Sequence record: ON000910.1 | DNA length: 64,000 nt | Strand: one strand, 5' to 3' | Shown here: positions 42,577 to 53,069 of the stretch, piece after piece | Layout: the number at the start of each line of letters is the position of its first letter | Numbering within the stretch: the first letter of the stretch is position 1 | Position numbers and translations under genes: made by a program | Notes under the pieces: model-generated | The model's database searches: none | What the model was told of the DNA's origin: nothing | Seen by the model: only the letters and a program-made list of their open reading frames with translations

Positions 42577-42577
42577 T

Positions 42578-43702
42578 TTACACCTCTAACGTTTTCAGGA
42601 ATTCAGCGCGTACAGTTGAATCAATCTGACCAACAAGATACGAACTCAGTTCAGCTTCTTGTGCTGCTACTTGTACTGAATCACTATTTAGCCATTTGCG
42701 AATCCACGGTAATGGGTGCTTACGGCGAGGGTATGGGCTGTTTAAACCAACTGAACGCATACGACTGTCAGCAAGATATTCAACGTATTCACATAGAATC
42801 TGAGCATTTAGACCAGGAACTGTGCCTTTAGAGAACAAAGAATGTGCCCATTCTTTCTCTTGCTCAACAACTTGCATGAAGATTTTTTCAGCTTCAGGTT
42901 GAAGACGACGAGCAATCTCAAGCATTTCAGGGTCATCTTTACCTGCATGCCAGATGTTGAGTAATGCTTGTGTACCTTTCAAGTGAAGTTGTTCATCACG
43001 AGCAATGAGTTTCATCACTTTCGCGTTGCCTTCCATGATACCTTGCTCTGCAAAGTTGAAAGTACATGCGAATGATACATAGAAACGAATTGCTTCAAGT
43101 GCGTTTACTGCGTGCATACACAGATATAGTGCTTCTTTTACTGCGGTTTCTTGAATACTCAAGATGTACGAAGTACAATTCATTGCTTTGAGCTGTTGCA
43201 ATTTCTGTGTTTCAGCGATGAGTTTATCATAATGCTCTGTAACTGCACTAGCACGAGCCATGATAGATTCGTCGAGAACAATCTCGTCAAACACCGCGCT
43301 TGGGTTTGCATACAAGTTACGCATAATATGCGTGTAAGAGCGACTATGAATCGTTTCACTGAAATCCCATGTCGTTACCCAGTTTTCAAAAGCATTGTCG
43401 CTACAGATAGGCAAGAACGCGATATTGGGCGCACGACCTTGAACTGAGTCAAGCAGAGATTGGTATTTTAGATTTTGAGTGAAGACAAACTTCCAATGCT
43501 CAGGCATACGGTCAAAATCTTGTGAATCACGAGTCAAGTCAACTTCTTCTGGTCGCCAAAAGAAACTAAGTTGTTTTTCAGTGAGTTGATCGAATACTGC
43601 ATGTTTTACAGTTTCGAAACGAGAAATATTCGGGTCATCGCCCAAGAAAAGAGGTTGCTCAAGATGAGCAACCTGGTTTTTATTAAAAATCGTTTTAGAC
43701 AT
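42578..43702 (-). CDS. nrdB: Class Ia ribonucleotide reductase beta subunit
   Basis: FFWRPEEV, LDSVQGR, ETIHSRSY, EAIRFYVSF, RDEQLH. Confidence 0.95.
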   Translation of the reverse strand: MSKTIFNKNQVAHLEQPLFLGDDPNISRFETVKHAVFDQLTEKQLSFFWRPEEVDLTRDSQDFDRMPEHWKFVFTQNLKYQSLLDSVQGRAPNIAFLPICSDNAFENWVTTWDFSETIHSRSYTHIMRNLYANPSAVFDEIVLDESIMARASAVTEHYDKLIAETQKLQQLKAMNCTSYILSIQETAVKEALYLCMHAVNALEAIRFYVSFACTFNFAEQGIMEGNAKVMKLIARDEQLHLKGTQALLNIWHAGKDDPEMLEIARRLQPEAEKIFMQVVEQEKEWAHSLFSKGTVPGLNAQILCEYVEYLADSRMRSVGLNSPYPRRKHPLPWIRKWLNSDSVQVAAQEAELSSYLVGQIDSTVRAEFLKTLEV

Positions 43703-43711
43703 TATCTACCT

Positions 43712-45940
43712 TTAAACTTTACAACCATCACAGTCTTCATCGCCTTCGTTGCCGTCAGCACCGTCGCGAGTGTTAGAATAATAAAGCGTTTTGATACCGT
43801 AGTGGCTACAGAACGCAAGCTCTTCGAAGATTCGTTCCATTGCGATCTTACCGTTAGCAACTTGGGACGGGTCGTAGTATTCATTCGCTGAAATACTCTG
43901 GTCTACAAACTTCTGCATGATTGCTACAAGAGTCAAATAACCGAAGTTGTCTTTACCACATGCTTTCCATGCTAGACCGTATTCATCTTTCAGTAAATCA
44001 ACTTCAGGCACAACTTGGTTGAATACACCGTCTTTTGATTGCTTAGTCGAGACTAGAGCACGTGGCGGTTCAATCCCGTTTGTGCTGTTGCTAATCTGAG
44101 AACTACTTTCACAAGGCATGAAAGCTGAAGTGGTGTCATTTCGCATACCGTAACGAATTACGTCAGCGCGAAGTGCTTCCCAATCTAAATTATAATTCGG
44201 CTTGACAAGCTTATCAACATTTTTATTGTACCAGTCAATCGGTAATTTACCTTGAGCCCAACGAGTCTTACGATGCCACTTGTTTGGCCCTCGTTCTTTC
44301 GCTAACATCATCGATGCTTGAATGTTGTAGTAAGACATTGCTTCCATCCACTCATGCACGAGATACTTAGCAGAATCATCGTAACCAACAAAGTTCTTCG
44401 CTAAGAAATAAGCAAAGTTAGTTATACCAACACCTAGAGCACGACGATATTTCGCCTTTTCCGCTGCTTTCACAGGGTAATCTTGGTAATCTAGTAGATT
44501 ATCAAGCGCACGAATGATGATCGGTGCAAGATGAGCAAACTCACTAGGCGATTCGATAGCACCTAAGTTGTATGCAGCAAGCGTACACAGTGCAATCTCT
44601 TCATCTGCTGAACCTAACGGGTACGTAGGAAGAGCGATTTCCATACACAAGTTTGATTGCTTGATTGCTTCGATGTACGGTGATTGAGCATTCAAGTTAT
44701 CAACAAAGATCGGGTAGATACGACCAGTGCCGTTACGCTCTTGACCAAACATACTGAATAGCTCAGTTGCTTTGATGCGCTTTTTACGCACATTCGGGTC
44801 AGCTTCAAGTTCTAGGTAAAGTTTTTCGAATTGCTCTGGGTTTGTGTGATATTCACCATATAGAGCACCATGACGTTCGTCAGGACTGAATAGCGTGATG
44901 TAATCGTTATTCACAAGACGCTCAAGCATCAATCGACTGATTGATACACTGTAGTCAAGATGACGAATACGGTTTTCTTCAACACCTTTGTTGTTCTTCA
45001 GAACTAACAGTTTTTCAACTTCTAAGTGCCAAATCGGGTAAGTTAGAGTCGCAGCACCACCACGTACACCACCTTGAGAACACGATTTAACCGCAGTTTG
45101 AAAGTGTTTCCAGAATGGAATTACACCAGTGTGACGAATCTCACCTGAACGAACGACTGCCCCTTCAGCACGAATCGCACCGCCATTAACACCGATACCT
45201 GCACGCTTACTAATGTAACTTACAATTGATTTAGCCACTTCATTGATTGAATGCAAAGAGTCGCCTGATTCAATCTTAACACACGAACTAAACTGGCGTG
45301 TCGGGGTACGAACGCCAGCCATAATCGGTGTCGGTAATGAAAGTTTGTGAGTCGAAACTGCATTGTAGAAGTCAACGACGTGCTTAATGCGGTCATATTT
45401 CTCTTCTTGATGAAGACACATTGCAATGAGCATGTAAGCATACTGAGGTGTTTCATAGATTGCGCCAGTACCGCGGTTTTTACATAGGTACTTTTCTTTC
45501 AACTGCATTACGCCAGCGTATGCAAATTCAAAGTCGCGCTCGTGTTTCACTTGCGATTCTAGATATTCAAGTTCATCATCTGACCATTTCTGAAGAATCT
45601 CAGAGTCGTAAACTTCAATCGCAGTGTTTCGTTCGATTAATTGTTTGAATGGGATAGGGTCGAACTGACCATATACATCTTTGCGAAGACCATACATAGC
45701 AAGACGAGCCGCGACATATTGATAGTCTGGCTCGTCTACTGAAATGCTATCGGCAGCGATCTTAATCGCTGCCTTTTGAATGTCTTTGCTCGTCATACCG
45801 TCGCTAAGTTGAGCTATAACGCGGTCAAGTAACTGATGCGGATTTATTTTAGTGTTTTCACATGCATCGGCTAAAACACGCATCAATTTACTTTCTTCAA
45901 ATTCTTCTGTAATGCCAGAAGACTTCACTACAAGCATCAA
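43712..45940 (-). CDS. nrdA: Class Ia ribonucleotide reductase alpha subunit
   Basis: ATP cone, PTPIMAG.RTP.RQFSSC, SNLCMEI, MPCESSSQ, KTLYY; no intron. Confidence 0.95.
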   Translation of the reverse strand: MMLVVKSSGITEEFEESKLMRVLADACENTKINPHQLLDRVIAQLSDGMTSKDIQKAAIKIAADSISVDEPDYQYVAARLAMYGLRKDVYGQFDPIPFKQLIERNTAIEVYDSEILQKWSDDELEYLESQVKHERDFEFAYAGVMQLKEKYLCKNRGTGAIYETPQYAYMLIAMCLHQEEKYDRIKHVVDFYNAVSTHKLSLPTPIMAGVRTPTRQFSSCVKIESGDSLHSINEVAKSIVSYISKRAGIGVNGGAIRAEGAVVRSGEIRHTGVIPFWKHFQTAVKSCSQGGVRGGAATLTYPIWHLEVEKLLVLKNNKGVEENRIRHLDYSVSISRLMLERLVNNDYITLFSPDERHGALYGEYHTNPEQFEKLYLELEADPNVRKKRIKATELFSMFGQERNGTGRIYPIFVDNLNAQSPYIEAIKQSNLCMEIALPTYPLGSADEEIALCTLAAYNLGAIESPSEFAHLAPIIIRALDNLLDYQDYPVKAAEKAKYRRALGVGITNFAYFLAKNFVGYDDSAKYLVHEWMEAMSYYNIQASMMLAKERGPNKWHRKTRWAQGKLPIDWYNKNVDKLVKPNYNLDWEALRADVIRYGMRNDTTSAFMPCESSSQISNSTNGIEPPRALVSTKQSKDGVFNQVVPEVDLLKDEYGLAWKACGKDNFGYLTLVAIMQKFVDQSISANEYYDPSQVANGKIAMERIFEELAFCSHYGIKTLYYSNTRDGADGNEGDEDCDGCKV

Positions 45941-45969
45941 AATTCCCTCGTTTGTTAATTGTTTTCTAT

Positions 45970-46446
45970 TTATTGATCTGAATCAACCTCACTTTCAGCT
46001 TGTTCAAGATCTTCAGATGATTTCACTCGAATCTTATAGGCTTCGATGATTCGTTGACGGTATTTGCTGTTACGTTCTTTATAACACGTTCTCAAGTTTA
46101 CATAAACTTTACCTGTCTGAGCTTTATTGATTGTAATGCCAACCATGTACGGTGAATCAGGCTTATTACCGTATACGTTGATATGCTTCGGTCTTTCGCT
46201 TGCAGGCATGTTAGCAATTTTTAAGATTTCATCTTGGTGATTTTTAATCAATCGACCTACGATAATTTCAAACACACGTGCAGGGAAAGAGTGATCCATG
46301 ATTCGGTCAATCACATGATAGTCCATCGTGACGTAAATACCTTTGTCTACTGCACCATGTCGATGAGCAACTTTGTTGATGTATTCACGACCTTCACGTA
46401 GAACTTTGTAACGATTCGTACCGTTAAAAACTGATTCATATGGCAT
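45970..46446 (-). CDS. Hypothetical protein
   Basis: GGAG SD. Confidence 0.65.
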   Translation of the reverse strand: MPYESVFNGTNRYKVLREGREYINKVAHRHGAVDKGIYVTMDYHVIDRIMDHSFPARVFEIIVGRLIKNHQDEILKIANMPASERPKHINVYGNKPDSPYMVGITINKAQTGKVYVNLRTCYKERNSKYRQRIIEAYKIRVKSSEDLEQAESEVDSDQ

Positions 46447-46449
46447 AAT

Positions 46450-46653
46450 TTAATCTCCAATTTTCTTTAAAAGAAATTTTAATAGTTTACGAGCACCTGC
46501 TGATGTTTCAGTGTGCTTCTCTAAAGTATAGATAGTCTCGTCATCGAGCGTGTTGAGATAATCGCATATTTTAATCTGCTGTTCAACACTTAATTTAACA
46601 AAGGGAAGTTCTTCAACACGCAAGCGCACTAAGTCTTGTGAAAGTAGACGCAT
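46450..46653 (-). CDS. Hypothetical protein
   Basis: AAGG SD. Confidence 0.6.
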   Translation of the reverse strand: MRLLSQDLVRLRVEELPFVKLSVEQQIKICDYLNTLDDETIYTLEKHTETSAGARKLLKFLLKKIGD

Positions 46654-46721
46654 TGTTTAATACCTTTCTTACTTGCGATAAAATATATTTTACACAATAA
46701 CACACTGAGAGTCAACATTTT

Positions 46722-46955
46722 ATGAAAGCAAATTTCAATATTCTCGCAATTGATAAATGGGAACAAGTTGTTGTCATTGATTGGGGTGATGATTGCGTGT
46801 ATAAGCACGTACTACCGCGTGAAATAGTCGAACACGAATTACCACTTGAGTCAGTTATTCATATTCTTGAAGACTTACGACCTCAAGCACCTGAAATCAA
46901 ATCATTAAAATCACTGAATGCTTTAATGCAAAAGAACGAAAAGGGGAGCGATTAG
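46722..46955 (+). CDS. Hypothetical protein, counter-oriented
   Basis: Only + strand ORF that fits a - strand gap; ends at a bidirectional terminator. Confidence 0.55.
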   Translation: MKANFNILAIDKWEQVVVIDWGDDCVYKHVLPREIVEHELPLESVIHILEDLRPQAPEIKSLKSLNALMQKNEKGSD

Positions 46956-46964
46956 CTCCCTTTT

Positions 46965-47471
46965 TTATTCATACGTTACTTCAAATTCAAATTCAAAACC
47001 GCTTGGCATATGGTCTGGTTCGATTTCATATACATCTTCATCTTCAGATTCAAAATCAATGATTACCAGCTTTCGATCTGACGCATACAGAACTTGCACA
47101 TCAACGTATTCATCATTAACCCATGCTTTGATAAATTCACCTGATTGAAAGGGAACTTTAACTCGCGTGTTTTTAGTAGTTTCGTATTCGAACGTAAGCG
47201 TGTTTTTATCAACAATGCACTCACGACCACCCCACTCAGTTAGATAATGTGAGACTTCTGCTCCTGTAGTAGTAAGACCGTCAACTACAGACAATGCATG
47301 ACCTGTATCTGTCGAGACAAACGTGGCTGAATTTAAAGATGAGTCGCTATGGACTTTAATCATATTTTCGTCTACACGACCTGATTCAAAAACGATTGAA
47401 ACTTTATCATTTACACGTAGTGGGCGAGTTTTAGTGACTACTTTCTTTTCGTTAGTAAATTTGTAAAACAT
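46965..47471 (-). CDS. Hypothetical early protein
   Basis: GGAG SD before ATG 47471; early promoter upstream. Confidence 0.65.
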   Translation of the reverse strand: MFYKFTNEKKVVTKTRPLRVNDKVSIVFESGRVDENMIKVHSDSSLNSATFVSTDTGHALSVVDGLTTTGAEVSHYLTEWGGRECIVDKNTLTFEYETTKNTRVKVPFQSGEFIKAWVNDEYVDVQVLYASDRKLVIIDFESEDEDVYEIEPDHMPSGFEFEFEVTYE

Positions 47472-47601
47472 AATATAATCTCCAAATATTAAAAATGTAA
47501 TCTCGTTTCGATGTAGTAATAATAGGGTTTTATTGATTGTCATGCAACCACTAAAAACGAAAAAAGCCCCTTAATTGGGGCTTTTTGTGATTCAAGTCAC
47601 A

Positions 47602-48321
47602 TTATTTGTTGATTTCAACTTCTAACTTGAGCATTTCACACTGTAGAACTAGACCTTTGACTTCATCATAATGCTTGGTTGTTAGTGGTTCACCAGCATC
47701 GACTACGCTCATTAGTTTCACCTTAGCTCGATTACAGTCTTTAACTGAACCACGTAGGTCACGAACAAGCTCAGGTGATAGAAGCACATCGTCATTAATC
47801 ACTACAGACTCTTCAATTACTTTTTCAGCTTTGATTTCTTTCTTGCTGAATTCTTGTTCTTCGATTACGACGCGATCTTTGATTTCTTCGGCTTCTTCTT
47901 TCGCAAGTTTGATTTGCATTGCAATTCGAGCGCGGTCAGATTTATTACATTGCTCAACCAACGGGATGCCGTACTTCAGTTTCCATTGATTGCTCAACGT
48001 GTAGTCTCGTTCGAGCATACCATGCTCACGTTCTGCTGCAATTACAGAGTCAATGACATCACAGAACGGTACTTCAGCATCTGAACGAGGCGTTGGATCT
48101 TGACCGAAATGTACTCGATTCTTAACGATTTCAACGTACACGTTATCATAACGACTTAGAAAACTCGGCGCAGCAAACACGTTCAGCATGTCTTTTTCAG
48201 TTTGAGATAGCACGGGTTTTGCCGCGTCTAAACGATCTGTTGATGCAGTGTCAATAGTGTCAGTACAACCAGTCATTACCACTGATGCTGCTAGTGCTGC
48301 GATTGCGATTAGTTTTTTCAT
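47602..48321 (-). CDS. Lipoprotein, paralog of 53848-54549
   Basis: Lipobox VMTGC; shared PFCDVI, SNQW...YGI.L.EQCN and DCNRAK.KL motifs. Confidence 0.75.
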   Translation of the reverse strand: MKKLIAIAALAASVVMTGCTDTIDTASTDRLDAAKPVLSQTEKDMLNVFAAPSFLSRYDNVYVEIVKNRVHFGQDPTPRSDAEVPFCDVIDSVIAAEREHGMLERDYTLSNQWKLKYGIPLVEQCNKSDRARIAMQIKLAKEEAEEIKDRVVIEEQEFSKKEIKAEKVIEESVVINDDVLLSPELVRDLRGSVKDCNRAKVKLMSVVDAGEPLTTKHYDEVKGLVLQCEMLKLEVEINK

Positions 48322-48332
48322 GATGTTCTCTC

Positions 48333-48593
48333 TTATTTGTCAAATTTGATGTAGAAGTATTGTGTGTTATTGTTCCCTGTTGGTACGCAAGTCAAGTACG
48401 GTTGCATGCCTTCGGGGCACTGAGCAAAAAATTCAGGATTAAGACGTTGAATAACGTACCAGAATTCACTGCGTTTTTCTTCCCACTCTGCTAATGCTTT
48501 CTTTCTGAATTTCATTGGCTTTTGGTGAAGCACTACATATGCGCGGCGATGTAGCCAATGATTTTTAATGTGAAGAGTTAATTCATCTTTCAT
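48333..48593 (-). CDS. Hypothetical protein
   Basis: GAGA SD; early promoter upstream. Confidence 0.6.
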   Translation of the reverse strand: MKDELTLHIKNHWLHRRAYVVLHQKPMKFRKKALAEWEEKRSEFWYVIQRLNPEFFAQCPEGMQPYLTCVPTGNNNTQYFYIKFDK

Positions 48594-48657
48594 GATATTG
48601 TTCTCTCGTTAGTTGTTGAGTGACATATTACAGCCACTCAACATTGTTGTCAACTAT

Positions 48658-49887
48658 TTAGTTGAAATTAATTACTTGACCGTCGTCTACATCACGTAGC
48701 ACATCGTATTCTTCGATGAATTGAGCCATTTTACAGTTCTTATCACCGACTGTGAAACTGCTTTGTTCATTCATATATTCAACGGCAGCAAGATAATCTT
48801 GATATTCTTGGTCATCTTCGTCATACCATTCGCTGAACTTCTCGTGCAGGTCTTCGCGGCGTAGAGTCAGGCGAGTTGTACGCTCGACTTTGAGTTGAAC
48901 TGATTCTTCAAAATACCAATCTGGTTGTAGATCTTCGATGATGTCTGCCATTTTACGAAGACGTTCAGCGTCTGCACACATGTCGTGACATTGACCAGAA
49001 GTCATAGCAGGCATAAATTCAAGGTTATTCACCAAGAAGAAGCGAGACGTCCATTTACCACCGATATATGCTTCAGCAATCTTTTGACCGAAATCGTTTT
49101 CTTTCATGTCAACAATCGGGTGAGTTTCAGTCAACCATTCCGAGCGTTCGAACTGCGTATCAAATTTAACCATGTCAACTTGCAGTTCGATTAAACTATC
49201 AATGATTTCTTTCTTCTCTTCTTCTGTTTTCGTATCGTCTTTTTCAAGTTCAATACGCGCACGTTCGATTTGAAGTCTACCACGATCTGAAATCATTTCA
49301 AGATCAGATGTAGATTTTGAATATTTCGCTACAAATTCGTCAACTTCTTCTGTAAACGTGTATGTCTTCGCGTCTTCACCCCATCCCGTAGTATACGTAC
49401 CATCGAGAATCATCTGCTGATAAATCTCTTCGTGAATTGCCATTTTCGCAATCAGACTAACGCCATGACACGTTTTCACACGCAACGCACCGCTATGTTC
49501 CATGTCTTGAAGCTGATTCATATCTTCGATTTCATCAATTTCCATGTAATCGTGATATTCGTTGTAGTCGTCAAGCGACTTCCCTTCTGGAACGCGATTC
49601 GGCATATAAATGTTGTTAATCGCCTTGAGCGTCAACGATTCCATATCAGCGTCTTCGAATTCGTAATTGTTGTAATCAGCATACTTAGCTAGAAGCGGGT
49701 AACCAATGACTTTAAACGTATCCCACGGGTAACACTTACTTCCCATTAGAACATTGCTGTAGAGCGATTTCGAGCGCAAGTTGTAATGTTGATCAAACGT
49801 GTCCATGACTAAGAAGAACACACGCGCTTTCTGACCTTCTAGAATAGGTGTACGTGAGATTGCGCAAGTTGTGTTGAATGAACCCAT
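48658..49887 (-). CDS. Conserved phage hypothetical protein (MGSFNTTCAISRTPI...)
   Basis: GGAG SD before ATG 49887. Confidence 0.7.
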   Translation of the reverse strand: MGSFNTTCAISRTPILEGQKARVFFLVMDTFDQHYNLRSKSLYSNVLMGSKCYPWDTFKVIGYPLLAKYADYNNYEFEDADMESLTLKAINNIYMPNRVPEGKSLDDYNEYHDYMEIDEIEDMNQLQDMEHSGALRVKTCHGVSLIAKMAIHEEIYQQMILDGTYTTGWGEDAKTYTFTEEVDEFVAKYSKSTSDLEMISDRGRLQIERARIELEKDDTKTEEEKKEIIDSLIELQVDMVKFDTQFERSEWLTETHPIVDMKENDFGQKIAEAYIGGKWTSRFFLVNNLEFMPAMTSGQCHDMCADAERLRKMADIIEDLQPDWYFEESVQLKVERTTRLTLRREDLHEKFSEWYDEDDQEYQDYLAAVEYMNEQSSFTVGDKNCKMAQFIEEYDVLRDVDDGQVINFN

Positions 49888-49939
49888 TATTTTGTCTCCA
49901 TTTGAGCGATTTGAAGTTGGTGTAAGTATTCTAATTGAA

Positions 49940-50266
49940 TTAAGCGAAGTGTGCAAGCACCTTTTTACCAAATTCGTTAGATTCTTCAAGAGAAGCAGCA
50001 CCTGCACTCATTGTTAAGAATTGATCTGTCATTGTTTGCATAAGAATAATGCGGTCGAAATCAGCAACTGTCGCTTCAGCGATAATAGCTGGCTTACCAG
50101 TCACGATAGTTGAAATTAGATTGAATCGACGAGCGACATCTGAACCTTCCATAGCATAAGAACCGTTGCGAAACTTATACTGACCTTGGCTAGTTTCACG
50201 CTCGAAGTTGAACCCTTCAACAACTTTAGTTTTTTGAGCTTTAGTCATGTTAGTGGTTAGTTGCAT
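49940..50266 (-). CDS. Hypothetical early protein
   Basis: GAGAG SD; early promoter upstream. Confidence 0.65.
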   Translation of the reverse strand: MQLTTNMTKAQKTKVVEGFNFERETSQGQYKFRNGSYAMEGSDVARRFNLISTIVTGKPAIIAEATVADFDRIILMQTMTDQFLTMSAGAASLEESNEFGKKVLAHFA

Positions 50267-50373
50267 AATATTCTCTCTTTGTTTTCGTATCTCGTTTCGA
50301 TGTAGATATAATACAAAAAAAGGGTTGCCGAAGCAACCCTAAATTTACGATTTATAGTGATCTATGTCACGTT

Positions 50374-51867
50374 TTACGCTGTTTTAATCTTCTTGGCGAT
50401 TTTCCATTCACCTTCATTGATAAAATCAGCTTGCACGTCAGACAGTTTACGAGCTTCTTCAAGTGAGAAGTCAGCAACTGTTACACCGTTTTCGAAGATT
50501 GTCTGCATCACGCTCTGAGCATGTACGCGATTGTCGTAATCTTCAGAAGAGAACGTCACGTAACCACGCGCTGCTGGGTTTGGATTTTCTGCATCAACTG
50601 CAATTAGATCCAAGAAACCTGCTTTCGATGCTTTTGTTGGGTCAGTCTTCGGCATCTTGAACACGCTAACGTATTCGCCGTTGATGATTGCCGCTGACAT
50701 TTTCATTGCAAATCGTTGCGTATCGCGGTCAAGTTGCTGAAGCAAACCACCACCCATACCAAATGCAATGTTTTCTGCCGACCAGCCTTTACTTTCCATG
50801 TAAGACAAGATTCGACGAATTTCTTCGATGTTCACGCCGTCGCCTTGAATGATACGGAAACTTGGGTGTAGAACTTTGTAACCCTTGCTGTTGACTGTAT
50901 AGCCAACGTTCTTACCAAGAATCTCAAGACCTTTCATTACGACATCTACAGGTACACCAGAGTCAGGACGAGCAACAAAAGTACCACCTTTGCTGATGAT
51001 TAACTCTTTGAAACGACCAGTCGAGATACGATTCATTGCTGCTTCGTAGTCGTAGCTGTCCATTACACAAGCGTATAGAGCCGCGCCCCATTGCTCGATA
51101 GAGTTCAGGAATGCTTGGTCTTCACCAACTTCTTTGTAGATTGTAGTTGTTGAGTGTTCACGAGCAGGGATTGAGAATCCCGCAATGAAGTCTTCAACAT
51201 CTTCAGCGTAAAGCTCTTCAACTGCAACAAGTGCTTCTACAGTGTCAGTTCCCAAGAAGTTTTTCAAGTGTGCAGAGCCGCCGATAGCTGCTGATTCGCC
51301 ACTTGATACACCACGCGAACCGAAATCGTGAAGCTTGAACGGCTCTTGCTCTGCAATACGTTCATCATCAACCGTTTTCTTCATGAACTCACGGATGATT
51401 TTCTTCACTTCGAATGAGATTGTTGCTACAGTTGTCGGGTACCAAATCGCACGTAAGATAAACGTTTCAAGATAGCCAGGTAGCCAACCGAAACGTGGAT
51501 CCGTGTTCTCAATCGTCAAGATAGGGTGTTTAATTGGTACTACAGTACCTTCTTTTACCGCACGAATCTTAATTGGCAGATTGCCTTTTAGTTCGTTAAC
51601 GATGATTTCCCAACCCTTGTCATTGAAGACTTCAGAACCGAAGTGCTTTTTGAACAGACGTTTCGCACGCTTGACATCATTCATCGAAACACCTTTTTCG
51701 AGAATACGACACATGTATGCCATACCATCGATCATAATTTTGTCGAACTTGCCGCCCCGGCTTTCAACGTAATATTGACTGTACTCTAAACCGCGAGGGA
51801 ATTGAGACCAGTGTGAGACTTTGTAGCTGTCAGTTGCGATTGCGATATTTTGATTAAGATTAAGCAT
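50374..51867 (-). CDS. nadV: Nicotinamide phosphoribosyltransferase
   Basis: TDSYKVSH, HDFGSRG, PAREHS, DSYD, RPDSG, QGDG, FGMGGGLLQ. Confidence 0.93.
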   Translation of the reverse strand: MLNLNQNIAIATDSYKVSHWSQFPRGLEYSQYYVESRGGKFDKIMIDGMAYMCRILEKGVSMNDVKRAKRLFKKHFGSEVFNDKGWEIIVNELKGNLPIKIRAVKEGTVVPIKHPILTIENTDPRFGWLPGYLETFILRAIWYPTTVATISFEVKKIIREFMKKTVDDERIAEQEPFKLHDFGSRGVSSGESAAIGGSAHLKNFLGTDTVEALVAVEELYAEDVEDFIAGFSIPAREHSTTTIYKEVGEDQAFLNSIEQWGAALYACVMDSYDYEAAMNRISTGRFKELIISKGGTFVARPDSGVPVDVVMKGLEILGKNVGYTVNSKGYKVLHPSFRIIQGDGVNIEEIRRILSYMESKGWSAENIAFGMGGGLLQQLDRDTQRFAMKMSAAIINGEYVSVFKMPKTDPTKASKAGFLDLIAVDAENPNPAARGYVTFSSEDYDNRVHAQSVMQTIFENGVTVADFSLEEARKLSDVQADFINEGEWKIAKKIKTA

Positions 51868-51927
51868 TGTATGGCTCCCATTTTATGCTGTTAAAAGTTT
51901 TCTCGATTATTCGAGATGTGATTGTCA

Positions 51928-52431
51928 TTAAAAACGAGCTTTGAATGACATAGTAACGACTGGAACCCAGATATCAGAACCCATCAACAACCCAAGCTCT
52001 GCACCTAAGTTATCAGTAGCCCAATAAGTAACTGATGGCTGAATCGCAGGTAGAATACCGAGATCATAAACTTCAGTATAACCAGTCGCTAGACCAAGAA
52101 ATAAATCATAGTCAATTTCTTTACTTGGTGTGTATGTGAAGTGATAACCTGCAACAAAACTACGCTCATAGAAGCTGTTTTCTAAAGTCATAACTTCCCA
52201 ATTTTTATATCTAACACCAATTGCATTGTTTGTTTCATTGTACTCTTTAAAAACAGACGTTTTACATTTATCTGCTAAATCAGGACAATATCCGTCACCT
52301 GAAAGATGATAAGACCATCCGCCTAATCGAACCTGAACATCGTCAAGGAACGTAGTCTGTTCGTTAGTAGATACATTTGCGCTTGCAACGCTAGATAAAA
52401 GCAATAGTGATAGTGCAGTAAGTTTTTTCAT
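51928..52431 (-). CDS. Outer-membrane beta-barrel, PagP-like family
   Basis: Signal peptide; GGWSYH, YNETN..IG, NSFY..S, G.ATGY; C-terminal F (SFKARF). Confidence 0.65.
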   Translation of the reverse strand: MKKLTALSLLLLSSVASANVSTNEQTTFLDDVQVRLGGWSYHLSGDGYCPDLADKCKTSVFKEYNETNNAIGVRYKNWEVMTLENSFYERSFVAGYHFTYTPSKEIDYDLFLGLATGYTEVYDLGILPAIQPSVTYWATDNLGAELGLLMGSDIWVPVVTMSFKARF

Positions 52432-52495
52432 AATGTCTTCCTCTTATTGAATGAATACATTATATTATTCTTTTTCTCACATTGCAAGCTTTTTT

Positions 52496-53029
52496 TTAAT
52501 AATATTCGATGTTAATTTTAGCTGAAGACCCCACCGCAGTCGATAAGAAACTCTTCCATTGCGATTCATTACCAGATGTCAACTCGTAAAAACGCTTTGA
52601 AGGCGAGCGATGGCTGAATATAAACACAGTACCACTTTCAGTTGTAACTCGCAGTGTTGATTGCGTCAAATCAGAAGACAATGCAATGAACGATTCAGTT
52701 GATATTTGGTCTTCGCTGTATGCTATGTCAGTTACACTTCTACCACCAATAGTAGTAGGACTCAACGAACCTGCGTTTTCGAAGTTAGTACTATTTTTCG
52801 CATAACCCCAATCAGAAGAACGAGGTTCACCAAAACGATACAACAACCCTCGAACTATAGTATGCGAGAATGCAGATTTACCTCTAAGATCTCCCAATGA
52901 TATAGACCCACTTGGTCTCTCTGCTAGATCACGAACATCTGCATCACCTAGCGATATAGACCCGCTAGGTCTGTCCAACTCGATTCGAACATCATTAAGT
53001 GATATTGGACCAGTTGATGGTAATCCCAT
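52496..53029 (-). CDS. Late virion protein with tail-tip/adhesin-type N-terminus
   Basis: MGLPSTGPISL.D...PSGSISLGD repeats...RGKS; TATAAATA at 53057-53064 (-). Confidence 0.6.
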   Translation of the reverse strand: MGLPSTGPISLNDVRIELDRPSGSISLGDADVRDLAERPSGSISLGDLRGKSAFSHTIVRGLLYRFGEPRSSDWGYAKNSTNFENAGSLSPTTIGGRSVTDIAYSEDQISTESFIALSSDLTQSTLRVTTESGTVFIFSHRSPSKRFYELTSGNESQWKSFLSTAVGSSAKINIEYY

Positions 53030-53069
53030 TATGTTATTCCTTTCATGTTAAAATCGTATTTATACATGA

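Noticed and set aside
42578-45940. Introns, inteins or homing endonucleases in nrdA/nrdB
   Set aside because: Both genes are continuous and of normal length; no GIY-YIG, HNH or LAGLIDADG ORF recognised.
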